Translations under genes and position numbers: made by a program
Notes under the pieces: generated by a model
Seen by the model: only the letters and a program-made list of their open reading frames with translations
Told to the model about the DNA's origin: nothing
The model's database searches: none
UHGV virus genome: UHGV-0008794
Strand: one strand, 5' to 3'
Length of the DNA stretch: 56,220 bases
Source of the DNA: a virus
Shown: positions 31,436 to 41,332 of the stretch, piece by piece
Position numbering within the stretch: position 1 is the first letter of the stretch
Layout of the letters: each line of letters begins with the position of its first letter

Positions 31436-31825
31436 TTATCTGAAAATACTATCTAATTTATATGGAACAAATATCCAAGCATTTCGCCCAAGTATGCTAT
31501 ATGCAGATTTAAATATAGCATAACCATATTTAGCTATAAAATTACAAATCCATTCTTCTGCATCGATCCAATATTCTGGATACACATATTCGTGGATATC
31601 TTTAATAAGATCATAGCTAAATATAAAGCAATGCCCGAGCTCGTGGAGTAATACTTCTAGTTTGTATTCATTAGATAATCCTTCAGAAATATAAACTGTA
31701 CGTGTTTTTGGATCTGTCGTAGCTACTGTCAAACTACCAGATCTATCCACAAGCTCGGGACTATACGGTTTAACGTATTCTACATGCCATTGGATATTAT
31801 TAATGTAAAATACGTTCGTAGACAT
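31436..31825 (-). CDS. putative zinc metallopeptidase (HExxH; ImmA/IrrE-like size)
   Basis: 129 aa; LLHELGHCFIF HExxH motif. Confidence 0.4.
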   Translation of the reverse strand: MSTNVFYINNIQWHVEYVKPYSPELVDRSGSLTVATTDPKTRTVYISEGLSNEYKLEVLLHELGHCFIFSYDLIKDIHEYVYPEYWIDAEEWICNFIAKYGYAIFKSAYSILGRNAWIFVPYKLDSIFR

Positions 31826-31827
31826 GA

Positions 31828-32382
31828 CTATGCCATATCGTTAAGAAGCCTTGTCATGTCTTCTTTCATGCGCTGACGCAATTCGGGATCCGCTTCTCCC
31901 CAAATTTCACGCATAGAAGAAATCATAGAGTCGACATGCTCTTTCGCATGCTTGTTCATTTCTTCTTTATCCATCATGGAATTAGTCTCAGTATAATGTC
32001 GTTTTGCGTTCTTATACTCATTGTAAGAACGCCCATAGCGATCATCATAATTCTTTACTTTCTTATCGACATCATCCATGAATCGATTATACCGAGCACG
32101 TTTATGGTCCGGCATCAAATATTCCCAATCCTGTTCTTCGTCATATTCTCGATCCATTGGAATATAGCCACGTCGTCCCTCGTAACCATGCATTGCTTCC
32201 GTTACCGATTTATAATAGCAGGCTTCGTACATGTTACGTTCATACTCGGCAATATCCTTAATCATATCTACTACTTCACCTAATTCGTGAGTATCTACGC
32301 AATCTGCGTTATGATTAAGTTGTTCTTTGACTTGCGATATAAGAGAATTCTTAATCTCATGCATATCTTTACATTTTTCCAT
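31828..32382 (-). CDS. hypothetical acidic/aromatic-rich protein (184 aa)
   Basis: ORF track; ATG overlaps upstream stop. Confidence 0.45.
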   Translation of the reverse strand: MEKCKDMHEIKNSLISQVKEQLNHNADCVDTHELGEVVDMIKDIAEYERNMYEACYYKSVTEAMHGYEGRRGYIPMDREYDEEQDWEYLMPDHKRARYNRFMDDVDKKVKNYDDRYGRSYNEYKNAKRHYTETNSMMDKEEMNKHAKEHVDSMISSMREIWGEADPELRQRMKEDMTRLLNDMA

Positions 32383-32392
32383 GATTTACTCC

Positions 32393-32800
32393 TTACGCGA
32401 TTCGCTTGATAAAGAGCGTCGGATTAGCCGAAACCGTAATAGCGGTGGTTCCAGTATTGGTAATAGTCACTCGATCATAATCGCAACAATTATTACGCAC
32501 CGGGATAACCATGCTGACATTGCCAACAGCATTCGCTGCAGCAGGAGTATAAATCATAGTGGACTCGGTAATATTATCTCCACCAAGTTGAATGTTCAAT
32601 TGAACAGGAGTGGCTGCTGTTGCTCCTGTAACATTAGCATTGAAATTTACTTGATAAATAGCATTCTTAGCACAAAGTTTGATTGAACCAGTATTCTTAC
32701 GATGATATTCAGCGCAACCAGTTTTCAAAAGCGTTGTGTCAAAGGTAATGGACTGCCCAACATCAACGGATTGTGCAGTAGTATTTGATAGTTGTATCAT
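32393..32800 (-). CDS. beta-rich T/N/A-rich hypothetical protein (135 aa from internal ATG), possible jelly-roll (C1q/TNF-like) fold
   Basis: start set at MIQLSNTT ATG with GGAGGTATATT RBS; composition only for fold guess. Confidence 0.35.
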   Translation of the reverse strand: MIQLSNTTAQSVDVGQSITFDTTLLKTGCAEYHRKNTGSIKLCAKNAIYQVNFNANVTGATAATPVQLNIQLGGDNITESTMIYTPAAANAVGNVSMVIPVRNNCCDYDRVTITNTGTTAITVSANPTLFIKRIA

Positions 32801-32877
32801 AATATACCTCCTAAGAAAAAAGAAGAGGGATACCGGAGTCCAATCAACAGTATCCCTCCTCAAGAAATATAAACTAA

Positions 32878-33597
32878 TTAAGCAATTGCACCATTATTGC
32901 AATAGCAGCCATAGCCATAATTAGCATACGGATTCGGAACCGTGAATGCAGGAACAGCTGCCGGACGGAGCTGGTTAATCAAATATGCATTCTGAGCACA
33001 CTGAGAAGCAGCCAAGTCTTTCTGCTGAAGTTCAGTGCGTAACTGAGTAATCTGTTCGTTCTTATCTTCCATGCGCATAGCTACGAGCTCATCATGGAGT
33101 TGACGATAGTTCGCATTTGCATTATCAGTAATATCACGAGTGGCGTTACCAATAGCAGTCGTAATTGCACAGGTATCAGTAGCCATTGCGTACTTGATAT
33201 CTGCCTGACCCTGACGATTCTCGCAGCAGCAATTAGCCAGCTGGGTCGCCAAAGCGTTCGTATTCTGCATGCCAGCAACGGTATCAGCCTGGATAGCATT
33301 CCCAAGCGTATTCACGCCAGTCAGAAGAGACGTGTTCATCGCATAGAAACCATCGCAGATACCGCTATTGATTCCGTTAAGTTTGTTCAAGATGCTTTGC
33401 GTATCGAAACCATTTTGAAGATCGGTAGTAGTTGCAGCTGCCGCGCCTTGACGACCGCCCCAACCATTTCCGCCCCAGCCGAAGAGCGCAAACAAGATGA
33501 TGATAACCCACCAACCATTTCCGCCACCCCAACCATCGTTGTTATTATCAGTAACAGCAGCGATATCAGCAAGACTCGGAGTATTAGAAGCGAACAT
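32878..33597 (-). CDS. Gly/Trp/Asn-rich low-complexity membrane protein (239 aa)
   Basis: GWGGGNGWWVIIILFALFGWGGNGWGGRQG; CCC and CYC clusters. Confidence 0.45.
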   Translation of the reverse strand: MFASNTPSLADIAAVTDNNNDGWGGGNGWWVIIILFALFGWGGNGWGGRQGAAAATTTDLQNGFDTQSILNKLNGINSGICDGFYAMNTSLLTGVNTLGNAIQADTVAGMQNTNALATQLANCCCENRQGQADIKYAMATDTCAITTAIGNATRDITDNANANYRQLHDELVAMRMEDKNEQITQLRTELQQKDLAASQCAQNAYLINQLRPAAVPAFTVPNPYANYGYGCYCNNGAIA

Positions 33598-33623
33598 AAT
33601 ATCCTCCTTAGAACAATAAATTT

Positions 33624-33833
33624 TTATATATGAAAGAACTTGCGTGCTTCCTGTAGAGCTTGTTCTTTTGTGACACCGTATGTTTTGCAGAGATTCTCAG
33701 CCATCTGTTGACCTTTTGCAGAATCCCCGGATTGAATGACATCCATCAAACCTTTAGCTTGAGGATTATTCATGACTTGAGGATTACGTTGAAGCATATT
33801 CATAGCGAATTGCATAGGATTAACATTAGGCAT
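33624..33833 (-). CDS. hypothetical small protein (69 aa from internal ATG)
   Basis: ORF track, start at MPNVNPMQ. Confidence 0.4.
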   Translation of the reverse strand: MPNVNPMQFAMNMLQRNPQVMNNPQAKGLMDVIQSGDSAKGQQMAENLCKTYGVTKEQALQEARKFFHI

Positions 33834-34341
33834 TGTTCTCACCTTCTTGCTTAGGTGCACTCTGTTTGTTGTACGGTTTCCTAGAACTATTGTAATGTCC
33901 CTGATTCTTTACAGCTTTAAGAAGTTCATCCATACGCTTGTCAAAATGCGTCGCGAAATCAGAAGACTCAGTTACTTCTTCCGAAGCTGTAACAACCTCA
34001 GGGACAAAACGAAGAGTTTTGATAGTTCCATCAGAATTCCATTGCTTTGCGATAATAGTTGAATAATCGCTCAATGGAAATAAGCTTATCGAACCATCCA
34101 TTGCCACTTCCTGTGGAGTAATTTCTTGCTCGTTCTGAACAACCCTACCTGCAAGATTCACAATTTGTTGTGTGGACATTGGCTGAATAGGACGAGTCTG
34201 AGAATACTGAGGAACGGATGGAAGTTGCACCGGTGCATTTTGATTATACATCGATTGCTGCGGTAAATAGGTGGGATAAGCCGGAGAATATGGATTATAA
34301 CTCTGATTGGCTCCATTAGGTAACATGGCAAACTCCTTCAT
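33826..34341 (-). CDS. Gln/Pro/Tyr-rich low-complexity protein (171 aa)
   Basis: NPYSPAYPTYLPQQSMYNQNAPVQLPSVPQYSQ. Confidence 0.45.
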   Translation of the reverse strand: MKEFAMLPNGANQSYNPYSPAYPTYLPQQSMYNQNAPVQLPSVPQYSQTRPIQPMSTQQIVNLAGRVVQNEQEITPQEVAMDGSISLFPLSDYSTIIAKQWNSDGTIKTLRFVPEVVTASEEVTESSDFATHFDKRMDELLKAVKNQGHYNSSRKPYNKQSAPKQEGENNA

Positions 34342-34363
34342 TTTAAAAATATAAAATTAGCTA

Positions 34364-35446
34364 TTACAACTCGCCAACGTAAGCTTCGACTCGATAAATC
34401 GGCGACCCATCACCGGCAAAGGTATCAGAAGAACCACCAGTATCGATGTCGTCTTTCATCCAAGACAAATAATTCGGATAGCTATTTTGAGTCATTACCC
34501 TATACCAGATTCGCTTGTCTTCGTTCGGGAAATATGAGAACATGTAAAGCTTTGTGATAGGCGATCCGTCACCAACAGCTCCGTTTTCAAGGTCGTTAAT
34601 GTTGGACGGGTTCGTAAGAGAAGGCAGATCATTAGCGCTAACGACAAGATCAAAACCGTCGCCCCATGCAGACAAATATGTCATCGGGGCATCGATTCCA
34701 GCATTGTCATTATTATCCATCACTTGATCGAGTACTACGCCGTTGGAAATAGCCTGCATATGAATATGAAATTCTTTTGTGGCAGGTGCTGGAGATGGAA
34801 CTGGTTCTGGAGTAATTGGTTCTGGATTTACAGTCGAATCGCCGGATGCATTAGCGTAAGCGTTCCAACCAGCGGCATCAATATAAAACACAGAGCAATC
34901 GAGATTTTCATCATAGCCGTACACTCGACCATCCGAGCAGAACTGCCAGCCGACAAGAGTTCCGTCGATTTCTGGACAGTCCCAACCAGCTGCCTGATCG
35001 AAACTAGGAGAGAAAACATCAGGATAAGACGCAACCCAACGACCACAATTATATTCAACGCCACCTTGATTGAATCGCCAAGGATTTGCGTAAATAATGG
35101 GCCATACGCCAGTTACATCATGAACTCGCCTTACGAATTGATTTACCCATCCTACCGTCTGACTTCCTTCCCAATCAAGAACCGGGATACCATCATTGAA
35201 ATAGTTACGAGTATTCTCGATGAAGACATCGGCTTCGGTGATAGGGTTGCTGTTTCCAGCGAAATGATAGAAGCCTCGAAGAAGGCCTTTGGCTTTAGCG
35301 GCTTGATAAAATCCATCGCAATACGGATCGACGTAACCCACGTCCTCTGTAGCTTTGCAGATAACAGCATCAATTCCTGAAAGCGAGGAAATATCCAATC
35401 CGCCTTGCCAGTTTGAAATGTCAATAACTTTCAGCATTTTTCTCAC
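34364..35446 (-). CDS. endolysin: GH25 muramidase + Pro-rich linker + C-terminal binding domain
   Basis: N-terminus MLKVIDISNWQGGLDIS...GFYHF (classic GH25 DISxWQ start); PEPITPEPVPSPAP linker; RBS AAAGGAGGTGAGAAAA. Confidence 0.8.
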   Translation of the reverse strand: MRKMLKVIDISNWQGGLDISSLSGIDAVICKATEDVGYVDPYCDGFYQAAKAKGLLRGFYHFAGNSNPITEADVFIENTRNYFNDGIPVLDWEGSQTVGWVNQFVRRVHDVTGVWPIIYANPWRFNQGGVEYNCGRWVASYPDVFSPSFDQAAGWDCPEIDGTLVGWQFCSDGRVYGYDENLDCSVFYIDAAGWNAYANASGDSTVNPEPITPEPVPSPAPATKEFHIHMQAISNGVVLDQVMDNNDNAGIDAPMTYLSAWGDGFDLVVSANDLPSLTNPSNINDLENGAVGDGSPITKLYMFSYFPNEDKRIWYRVMTQNSYPNYLSWMKDDIDTGGSSDTFAGDGSPIYRVEAYVGEL

Positions 35447-35457
35447 CTCCTTTGCTA

Positions 35458-35568
35458 TTATTCGGATTCTGATTCAATCATCTCACGAACCTTGTCGCGC
35501 CATAGTTCAGGCACTTCGTCGATTCGATTGATATCGCCCTTAATACGTTTGTACCAGAATTTAACCAT
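35458..35568 (-). CDS. untracked 36-aa ORF (MVKFWYKRIKGDINRIDEVPELWRDKVREMIESESE) between tail-associated gene and endolysin
   Basis: ATG overlaps upstream stop (AATGGTTAA) with AAGGAG RBS 7 nt upstream; not hydrophobic. Confidence 0.3.
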   Translation of the reverse strand: MVKFWYKRIKGDINRIDEVPELWRDKVREMIESESE

Positions 35569-35899
35569 TGGAAACTCCTTCTAAAGTCATATTGCTAACA
35601 ATCTCTGAAAGCTCGGCAATTGCGTCAGAAATATCAGATATGGATACAGAACTCTCAGAAGCAACAGATGACAGATCCGCTAAAGCATCTGGAATATCAG
35701 GTAATAATTCTTCTGCTTCTTGCTTTGCTTTCTGTTTTTGCATTAGCTCAAGTTCGTATTCTGTATGTTTTCGACAATGCATAATAACATCGTCTATATT
35801 ATTTAAAGAATCTTCGACATACTCGCTCCGCCAGATGGTCCAATCTGGTTCGACGCCTTTTCCAAGAATAGTATTTTTTTCATCAACAAATATAACCAT
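35561..35899 (-). CDS. hypothetical tail-associated acidic protein (112 aa)
   Basis: ORF track; ATG overlaps RBP stop. Confidence 0.45.
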   Translation of the reverse strand: MVIFVDEKNTILGKGVEPDWTIWRSEYVEDSLNNIDDVIMHCRKHTEYELELMQKQKAKQEAEELLPDIPDALADLSSVASESSVSISDISDAIAELSEIVSNMTLEGVSNG

Positions 35900-37458
35900 T
35901 AGAACCCCAGCACTCCAAATAATACAACATAATCTAATCCGTTATTATTATTATACTGATACCCAACGAGTTTTGTATCAGTAATATAAATATTTTTATA
36001 ACCATCGGAGATCAAAGATCCTCTACCAACGCTACAACATACAGACTTTCCAGATGTTCCAACATTACTAGTTATATGATTTTTTGGAACAAACACATAA
36101 GTACAATCGCCGTGCAATGGTTGGCCATTGGAATAACCGCACCAGCATAATATAATCCCATGTTTCTGAGCTGATACTTTTTCTGACAATTCACATGATT
36201 GATTCGCAGCCATGTATAATGCTGAATTTGAAGTCATACCCCAAAGAACTTTGGTGGTTACTTTTTCTGTTATTCTGTCAATCGAATATTTATATAAACT
36301 CTGACCATTAAGAAAAAGGTGTCCGCCAGACTTAAAATAAGCCATTGAATTAAAAGTAGCGTTTCCGCTGAATGTTGCAGTATTTCCGAAGGCAACAGCA
36401 CTGTTAATATCAGTTTTATCAAATCCAATCGTCAAAGAATTAGCACTATCGGATGATGCGGCTCCAAGACCCATGGATTTTCCTTTATTACCGATATCGA
36501 AAGTATGGAATGAAGTTCCAACAAATCCAGATTTAGTAGCTGTCAAGCCAACGTTGTCGGTAAGCGTAGCGGTAAAGGAGTAAGTACTGTTAAGTTCAAA
36601 ATCTCCCGATCCGATTAATCGTGCGAATGTTCCTTTATAGCCAGTCAAAGTGTAGCTTTTAGAACTGCCTGTGGTGTTACTCGGAGACCAGCTAACGAGC
36701 ATCGTCTTACCAACATTGGAAGTTACTACAGCAGTATCAACTTTCCACTCAATAACGGCTTTAATGTAAGTTCCTTCTGAGCTTAATGTGCCATTTGATG
36801 TGCAACGAGAAAACGTAGCAGAAATTATGGTCGGAGCTACAGCCGCCAGTTTCCATACGGCATACAGAGTAACGGATGCATCATTAGTATACGATGCTCC
36901 AGCTTTGTAAGTAGCACTAGTAGCAGAAGAACTAGTTGCCCAGCCTAGAAACGTATAATTAGCTCGTTTAGGAGTTTGCGAAGACAATGTAAGAGCTTGT
37001 CCGCGCCATTTTGTTTGACTAGATGGCGCGTTTGATCCGCCGTTAGCGTTATAGGAAACGGTATAACTCGCTAGCTTCGGAATAGTTAGATACCAAGTAT
37101 ATGACCCAGCACCGGTTGTTACGAAGCCATTTCCCGAATAAGTGCCGGTAGAAGAATTCCAAGCCAAACTTAAAGCAATATTGTAGTCGCTTGTCTTACG
37201 TGAATAGGTTCTCGATGAAAACGTATCAATCAGTCGAATACCACTACCACTACCAAAGCTATTATCATTCCATCGGCCCCAAGAACCATCCGGTTCAGAT
37301 ATTCCTTTATCAAATGCTCCGGAATAATTGTCAGTATTTTGAGCATCGTATCGATAAATGAGAGGCGTGATAGTCACTGAAGTATTTCCGGTTGACGATT
37401 GCCAATCAACACCTAATTGAAAAGCGCTTCCATATAGTTCATACCAACTAATTGCCAT
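35899..37458 (-). CDS. tail fiber / receptor-binding protein
   Basis: about 519 aa, S/T/N/G-rich beta-type composition, directly after Tal. Confidence 0.5.
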   Translation of the reverse strand: MAISWYELYGSAFQLGVDWQSSTGNTSVTITPLIYRYDAQNTDNYSGAFDKGISEPDGSWGRWNDNSFGSGSGIRLIDTFSSRTYSRKTSDYNIALSLAWNSSTGTYSGNGFVTTGAGSYTWYLTIPKLASYTVSYNANGGSNAPSSQTKWRGQALTLSSQTPKRANYTFLGWATSSSATSATYKAGASYTNDASVTLYAVWKLAAVAPTIISATFSRCTSNGTLSSEGTYIKAVIEWKVDTAVVTSNVGKTMLVSWSPSNTTGSSKSYTLTGYKGTFARLIGSGDFELNSTYSFTATLTDNVGLTATKSGFVGTSFHTFDIGNKGKSMGLGAASSDSANSLTIGFDKTDINSAVAFGNTATFSGNATFNSMAYFKSGGHLFLNGQSLYKYSIDRITEKVTTKVLWGMTSNSALYMAANQSCELSEKVSAQKHGIILCWCGYSNGQPLHGDCTYVFVPKNHITSNVGTSGKSVCCSVGRGSLISDGYKNIYITDTKLVGYQYNNNNGLDYVVLFGVLGF

Positions 37459-37475
37459 TTGTATTACCAATCCTT

Positions 37476-40400
37476 TTATGCATCATGACCATGATATTCG
37501 ATTAAGAAATGGTCACTGGAAGTGACTTTTATAACCCATGGTTCTATGTTTATGGAGTTTATCTTAGCGCTATCGATCTTAGCATTAGATATAGACATAG
37601 CGTTGTTAGATATGCTAGCAACTTTGTTAGCACCATCCATAAAAGCTAACTCGTTGTTTGTCAATCGAGTCTTAAGATTTGATTCTGTTGTTCCGAGCTC
37701 CAAATACGGATTCGTTCCATCAGTACCTTCCGTGATCCAAGAACTAGTAACACTAGTCTTAGCATCTATTCGATCAGACAAGGTTTTAAAATTAGTAGTA
37801 ATACTATTTGAATTCTGAATAATTGTTGATTCTAGAATATTCATACGAGCAGAACTAGCATAACTGTTATTTGCGTCTTCTGTTTTTACATATTTTTCGC
37901 TGACGCTAGACTGTATTGAATCAGAACTGATTTTTATTTGAGAATCGGTATACGATTCCAAACTACCAACAGCATCACCTAGTTCTTTCTTAGTGGCTCT
38001 TAAAGCAATGTCTTTTGAATTTTGTTCGATGGAGGTTTCGGCAGAAGTTACTCGATTCTTTAAAGCGGCAACATCTTCTTGCGCTTTATTAGCATTTGCA
38101 GATGCTGTATCGGCTACAGCTTTTGCCTTTATAGCATTATCTTTAGCCGTATCGGCTGCTGTTTTAGCATCGGCAGCTGCAGTCTTTGCTTTCTCGACAT
38201 CTTCTTTCGCAGCGGTTAGTTGCTCATCCGTAGCGTTAGCTTGGTTTTGCAGTTTTTCAAGATTTGCTTCTGCTGTAGCTAAATTATTAGCAGCTTCATC
38301 GGCTTTGCTTTGAGCTGTAGCGGCATTTTCTTTTGCCAAATTAGCAGCGTTTTTAGCATCATCAGCAGCTTTCTTAGCATTATCAGCTGAGGTTTGAGCA
38401 GCTTCAGCACTCACTCTTACCGTTTCAAGAGAGCTAACCGTTGAACTTACTTGATCCGACAATATCTTTACTTCAGATTTAGTGGAATACGTCTGCTCTA
38501 TGTAATTTGATAACGTTGTTACGGCACTATCATCCGTATACTTGCTAGCCTTAACCCAGTCAGTGTCCGCATAGGACTGCGAAGAGGTCTTGGCGGTTTG
38601 GCAACGCATAATATCTCCAGTAGAACCTTGGGTCCACAAGTCGCCAATATCATACGGAGGAGTAGGAGTGGTAACAAAAACGCGTTTCTTACTATTCGCC
38701 GTGGTTTGAGCGGCGGCAGCATCTTTAAGAGCTTTGGTTACGTCAACATCGGTAATACGACTCCATGAGTAACTTCCATTTTGAAGTTGGTAACGCCAGC
38801 AGTAACCCGAGACCGTATTGTAATACAAGTCACCAAGATGAACTTTCTTCAAAGTGTCCGTAGTCCAATTTACAGTAGGTTCGTTCTCATCCGTCGGATC
38901 AACCTCGTAGAACCACGTTTCAATAGCTCCGTCGATTTGCCCTTGGAGATTATCGACATCGGCATTGAACTTACTAATGGCATTCGTAAGATCGGTAGCG
39001 TTCTTATTCGTCGCTTCAGTAGTAGTCTGAAGTTCTTTCTTAGTGGCATAATCTTGTGACACCGTATGAATAACGCCAGCAGCAGATTCGCTAATTTCAT
39101 TACGAAGAGTATTAGTAGTCTCAGACAATTCCGTCTTACGAGTATAGTCAGCTTCCATGGTATTTTTAATCGTGGTAATCTGACCAGACAAATCGTCTCG
39201 TAAATCCGTAGCGTCTTGCTTAATATTGCTAATCTCAGTATTAATATTTCCAACCTGAGACTGAACTTTACCAATTTCAGTATTAGCGGTAGAAGCATCA
39301 GCCTTAGCTTGCTCCGCGGCTTTATTTGCAGCATCAGCAGCATCTTTTGCGGCTTTAGCATTGGCGATTGCCGTAGCCGTATCTCCGCTAATCGTCTTGA
39401 TCGTATTCTCTACAATCGTGATTTTAGCGGTATTATCGTCGACTTTCTGAGAAGCGTCCGCAGCTTTATCCGCAGCATCCTTAGCACTACCAATAGCAGC
39501 AGCCGCATCTTCTTGCGCTTTCTTCGCAGCTTCGTTTGCTTTAGTGATATCTTCTGCTGCTTGATCTACCTTCGTAGATGCATCGTCAGCTTTCTTTTTA
39601 GCCTCATCTATATTCTTAGCATTTTCTTTAGTTACTTTATCCAAAGCAGCCACGGAATCTAGACTCGAATTGATACCAGCATTAAGAGATTTTAAATAAC
39701 TCGACTGCTGACCAGTTAGCGTATCATAAGCAGCACCAAGTTGATATTCGGTGTTACCTGGATCTTGAAGATCTAATGTTATTGAATTAACCATTAAATA
39801 TTCATCGACATTGTGAAGTTTACTACGTACGCGAGCTGCTTGACCTATCTGTAAGTGCTCGTATCCATTCTCCATATACAAAGCTAAGTCTACGGCTTTC
39901 ACGGTAATAGTCAAAGATGGAGACAATAAAGTATTTAAAGTTTTAACGGCATATCGTAAAAGACCATCGTATGTTGTTATGTCTGTATTAGAGATGTAGT
40001 ATTCTTTATAACCGTATTTAGCAACCGCATCTATATCATAAACAACATCTTTTTTCTTAACAACAGTTGCAGAATAAGGAGTTCCTCCATCAGTGGCACC
40101 TTCAAGAGTAATTGGACTTGATGAATTTTCAGGAGTATACCCAGTAGCAATAACAGCTGTGTATTGTTCATCAGTGGATATTGTTTTTGTGAAGTCAGTA
40201 ATATTAACACCAAAATCTATAATCTGAGTGTTCGCCTCATGAGCATCTGCATATAAGTCCAAAATATTCATATCGCCATCAAATCTAACGAACAGATATC
40301 CGCCTATGGAATTAAGTAATTTATCCTCTAATTCAGAAGCGGTCGTAGGTCGTTGACTTGAAGCTCTATAAATATAGTTGTTTGTATCAAGAATATTTCC

Positions 40401-40832
40401 TTGATTAACGCCAACTGTAAATCTCTTTTTAGAATCCATGCAATGAGAATTATGTTGTGAAATAAGCCATTGAAAATATCCGTCAACTGAAGATGGCGCC
40501 GTAAGCGGTGCTTCGCCTTCTATAGTAGAATATGGACGAACTATCGTATCCTTTAAATAATCAAGAATTCCTGTGCAGCTAATGGATTTATTGCCATAAA
40601 TGTCTGTGTCTATTTCGCTAATTTCTCCAGCAAACAGTTTTATCTTATCGAAATATAACTCTACTAGATCTACATGTTCTTCGACTTTATTATATAAACT
40701 ATGCTTTGTTGAAATAGTAAAATCGAAATATGACGCAGTATTAATAGACATAGAAAGTTGAGCATCGGTTATAGTATCGTTAGTATAAGGATCAAACAAA
40801 ATCTGCTTACCGTATAAAAGTTTATAACCCAT
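37476..40832 (-). CDS. tail tip protein Tal (N-terminal prophage-tail domain + long coiled coil + C-terminal domain)
   Basis: 1118 aa; N-terminal ~380 aa typical of Gram-positive siphophage Tal; aa ~400-700 Ala/Lys/Asp-rich heptads (AKKAQEDAAAAIGSAKDAADKAADAS...). Confidence 0.6.
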   Translation of the reverse strand: MGYKLLYGKQILFDPYTNDTITDAQLSMSINTASYFDFTISTKHSLYNKVEEHVDLVELYFDKIKLFAGEISEIDTDIYGNKSISCTGILDYLKDTIVRPYSTIEGEAPLTAPSSVDGYFQWLISQHNSHCMDSKKRFTVGVNQGNILDTNNYIYRASSQRPTTASELEDKLLNSIGGYLFVRFDGDMNILDLYADAHEANTQIIDFGVNITDFTKTISTDEQYTAVIATGYTPENSSSPITLEGATDGGTPYSATVVKKKDVVYDIDAVAKYGYKEYYISNTDITTYDGLLRYAVKTLNTLLSPSLTITVKAVDLALYMENGYEHLQIGQAARVRSKLHNVDEYLMVNSITLDLQDPGNTEYQLGAAYDTLTGQQSSYLKSLNAGINSSLDSVAALDKVTKENAKNIDEAKKKADDASTKVDQAAEDITKANEAAKKAQEDAAAAIGSAKDAADKAADASQKVDDNTAKITIVENTIKTISGDTATAIANAKAAKDAADAANKAAEQAKADASTANTEIGKVQSQVGNINTEISNIKQDATDLRDDLSGQITTIKNTMEADYTRKTELSETTNTLRNEISESAAGVIHTVSQDYATKKELQTTTEATNKNATDLTNAISKFNADVDNLQGQIDGAIETWFYEVDPTDENEPTVNWTTDTLKKVHLGDLYYNTVSGYCWRYQLQNGSYSWSRITDVDVTKALKDAAAAQTTANSKKRVFVTTPTPPYDIGDLWTQGSTGDIMRCQTAKTSSQSYADTDWVKASKYTDDSAVTTLSNYIEQTYSTKSEVKILSDQVSSTVSSLETVRVSAEAAQTSADNAKKAADDAKNAANLAKENAATAQSKADEAANNLATAEANLEKLQNQANATDEQLTAAKEDVEKAKTAAADAKTAADTAKDNAIKAKAVADTASANANKAQEDVAALKNRVTSAETSIEQNSKDIALRATKKELGDAVGSLESYTDSQIKISSDSIQSSVSEKYVKTEDANNSYASSARMNILESTIIQNSNSITTNFKTLSDRIDAKTSVTSSWITEGTDGTNPYLELGTTESNLKTRLTNNELAFMDGANKVASISNNAMSISNAKIDSAKINSINIEPWVIKVTSSDHFLIEYHGHDA

Positions 40833-40846
40833 ACTCTTAAACCTTT

Positions 40847-41332
40847 CTATTTATACCAACCAGTGGCGTATAAGCCGAAACGAGGGTTTGTATATGTATG
40901 CGGGCCATTGGCATCAACGACTGAGAAAATTGGAGGTTGGGTAAGCAAATCTTTTTCATTTGAGGCTCGATGGATATGGACCATTCCGCCATATGGATTT
41001 GTGTTTTCTTCATAGCGAAACAAAATAGTGACGAATGGCGCGCTAGAAAATGTAAACGGATACGCCGGGAAAGCCCAACCTCCGCATATATACATGTATT
41101 CGTTCCATTTTCTACTTTCTAGGGACGAAAACGTTTTTGCATCAATTCCGCATTCGGCTCGACCGGAATTCCATTTTCGATACCACCATTCTCCGGATTT
41201 GCCTTGTGCAATGACATAGTCCATGCCAAGCGCATCCAATTTCTTAAAATTATCAGAGAAATCCGCAACCGGATCAACGAGATCGGAACCAGTGGTAAGT
41301 GTTAAGCCAAGATTTTTAGTAGTCTCTGCCAT
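40847..41332 (-). CDS. hypothetical tail protein (161 aa)
   Basis: start set at MAETTKN with GGGAGGA RBS; stop of Dit immediately upstream. Confidence 0.45.
   Translation of the reverse strand: MAETTKNLGLTLTTGSDLVDPVADFSDNFKKLDALGMDYVIAQGKSGEWWYRKWNSGRAECGIDAKTFSSLESRKWNEYMYICGGWAFPAYPFTFSSAPFVTILFRYEENTNPYGGMVHIHRASNEKDLLTQPPIFSVVDANGPHTYTNPRFGLYATGWYK

Noticed and set aside
35152-35424. ORFs 34724-35380 (+), 34828-35064 (-) and 35152-35424 (-) overlapping the endolysin gene
   Set aside because: Out-of-frame or antisense shadows of the well-supported GH25 endolysin ORF.
38870-39361. 163-aa Lys/Leu/Arg-rich minus-strand ORF and other nested ORFs (38519-38722, 40031-40213) inside the Tal gene
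   Set aside because: Frame-shifted shadow of the Ala/Lys-rich coiled-coil coding region of Tal.
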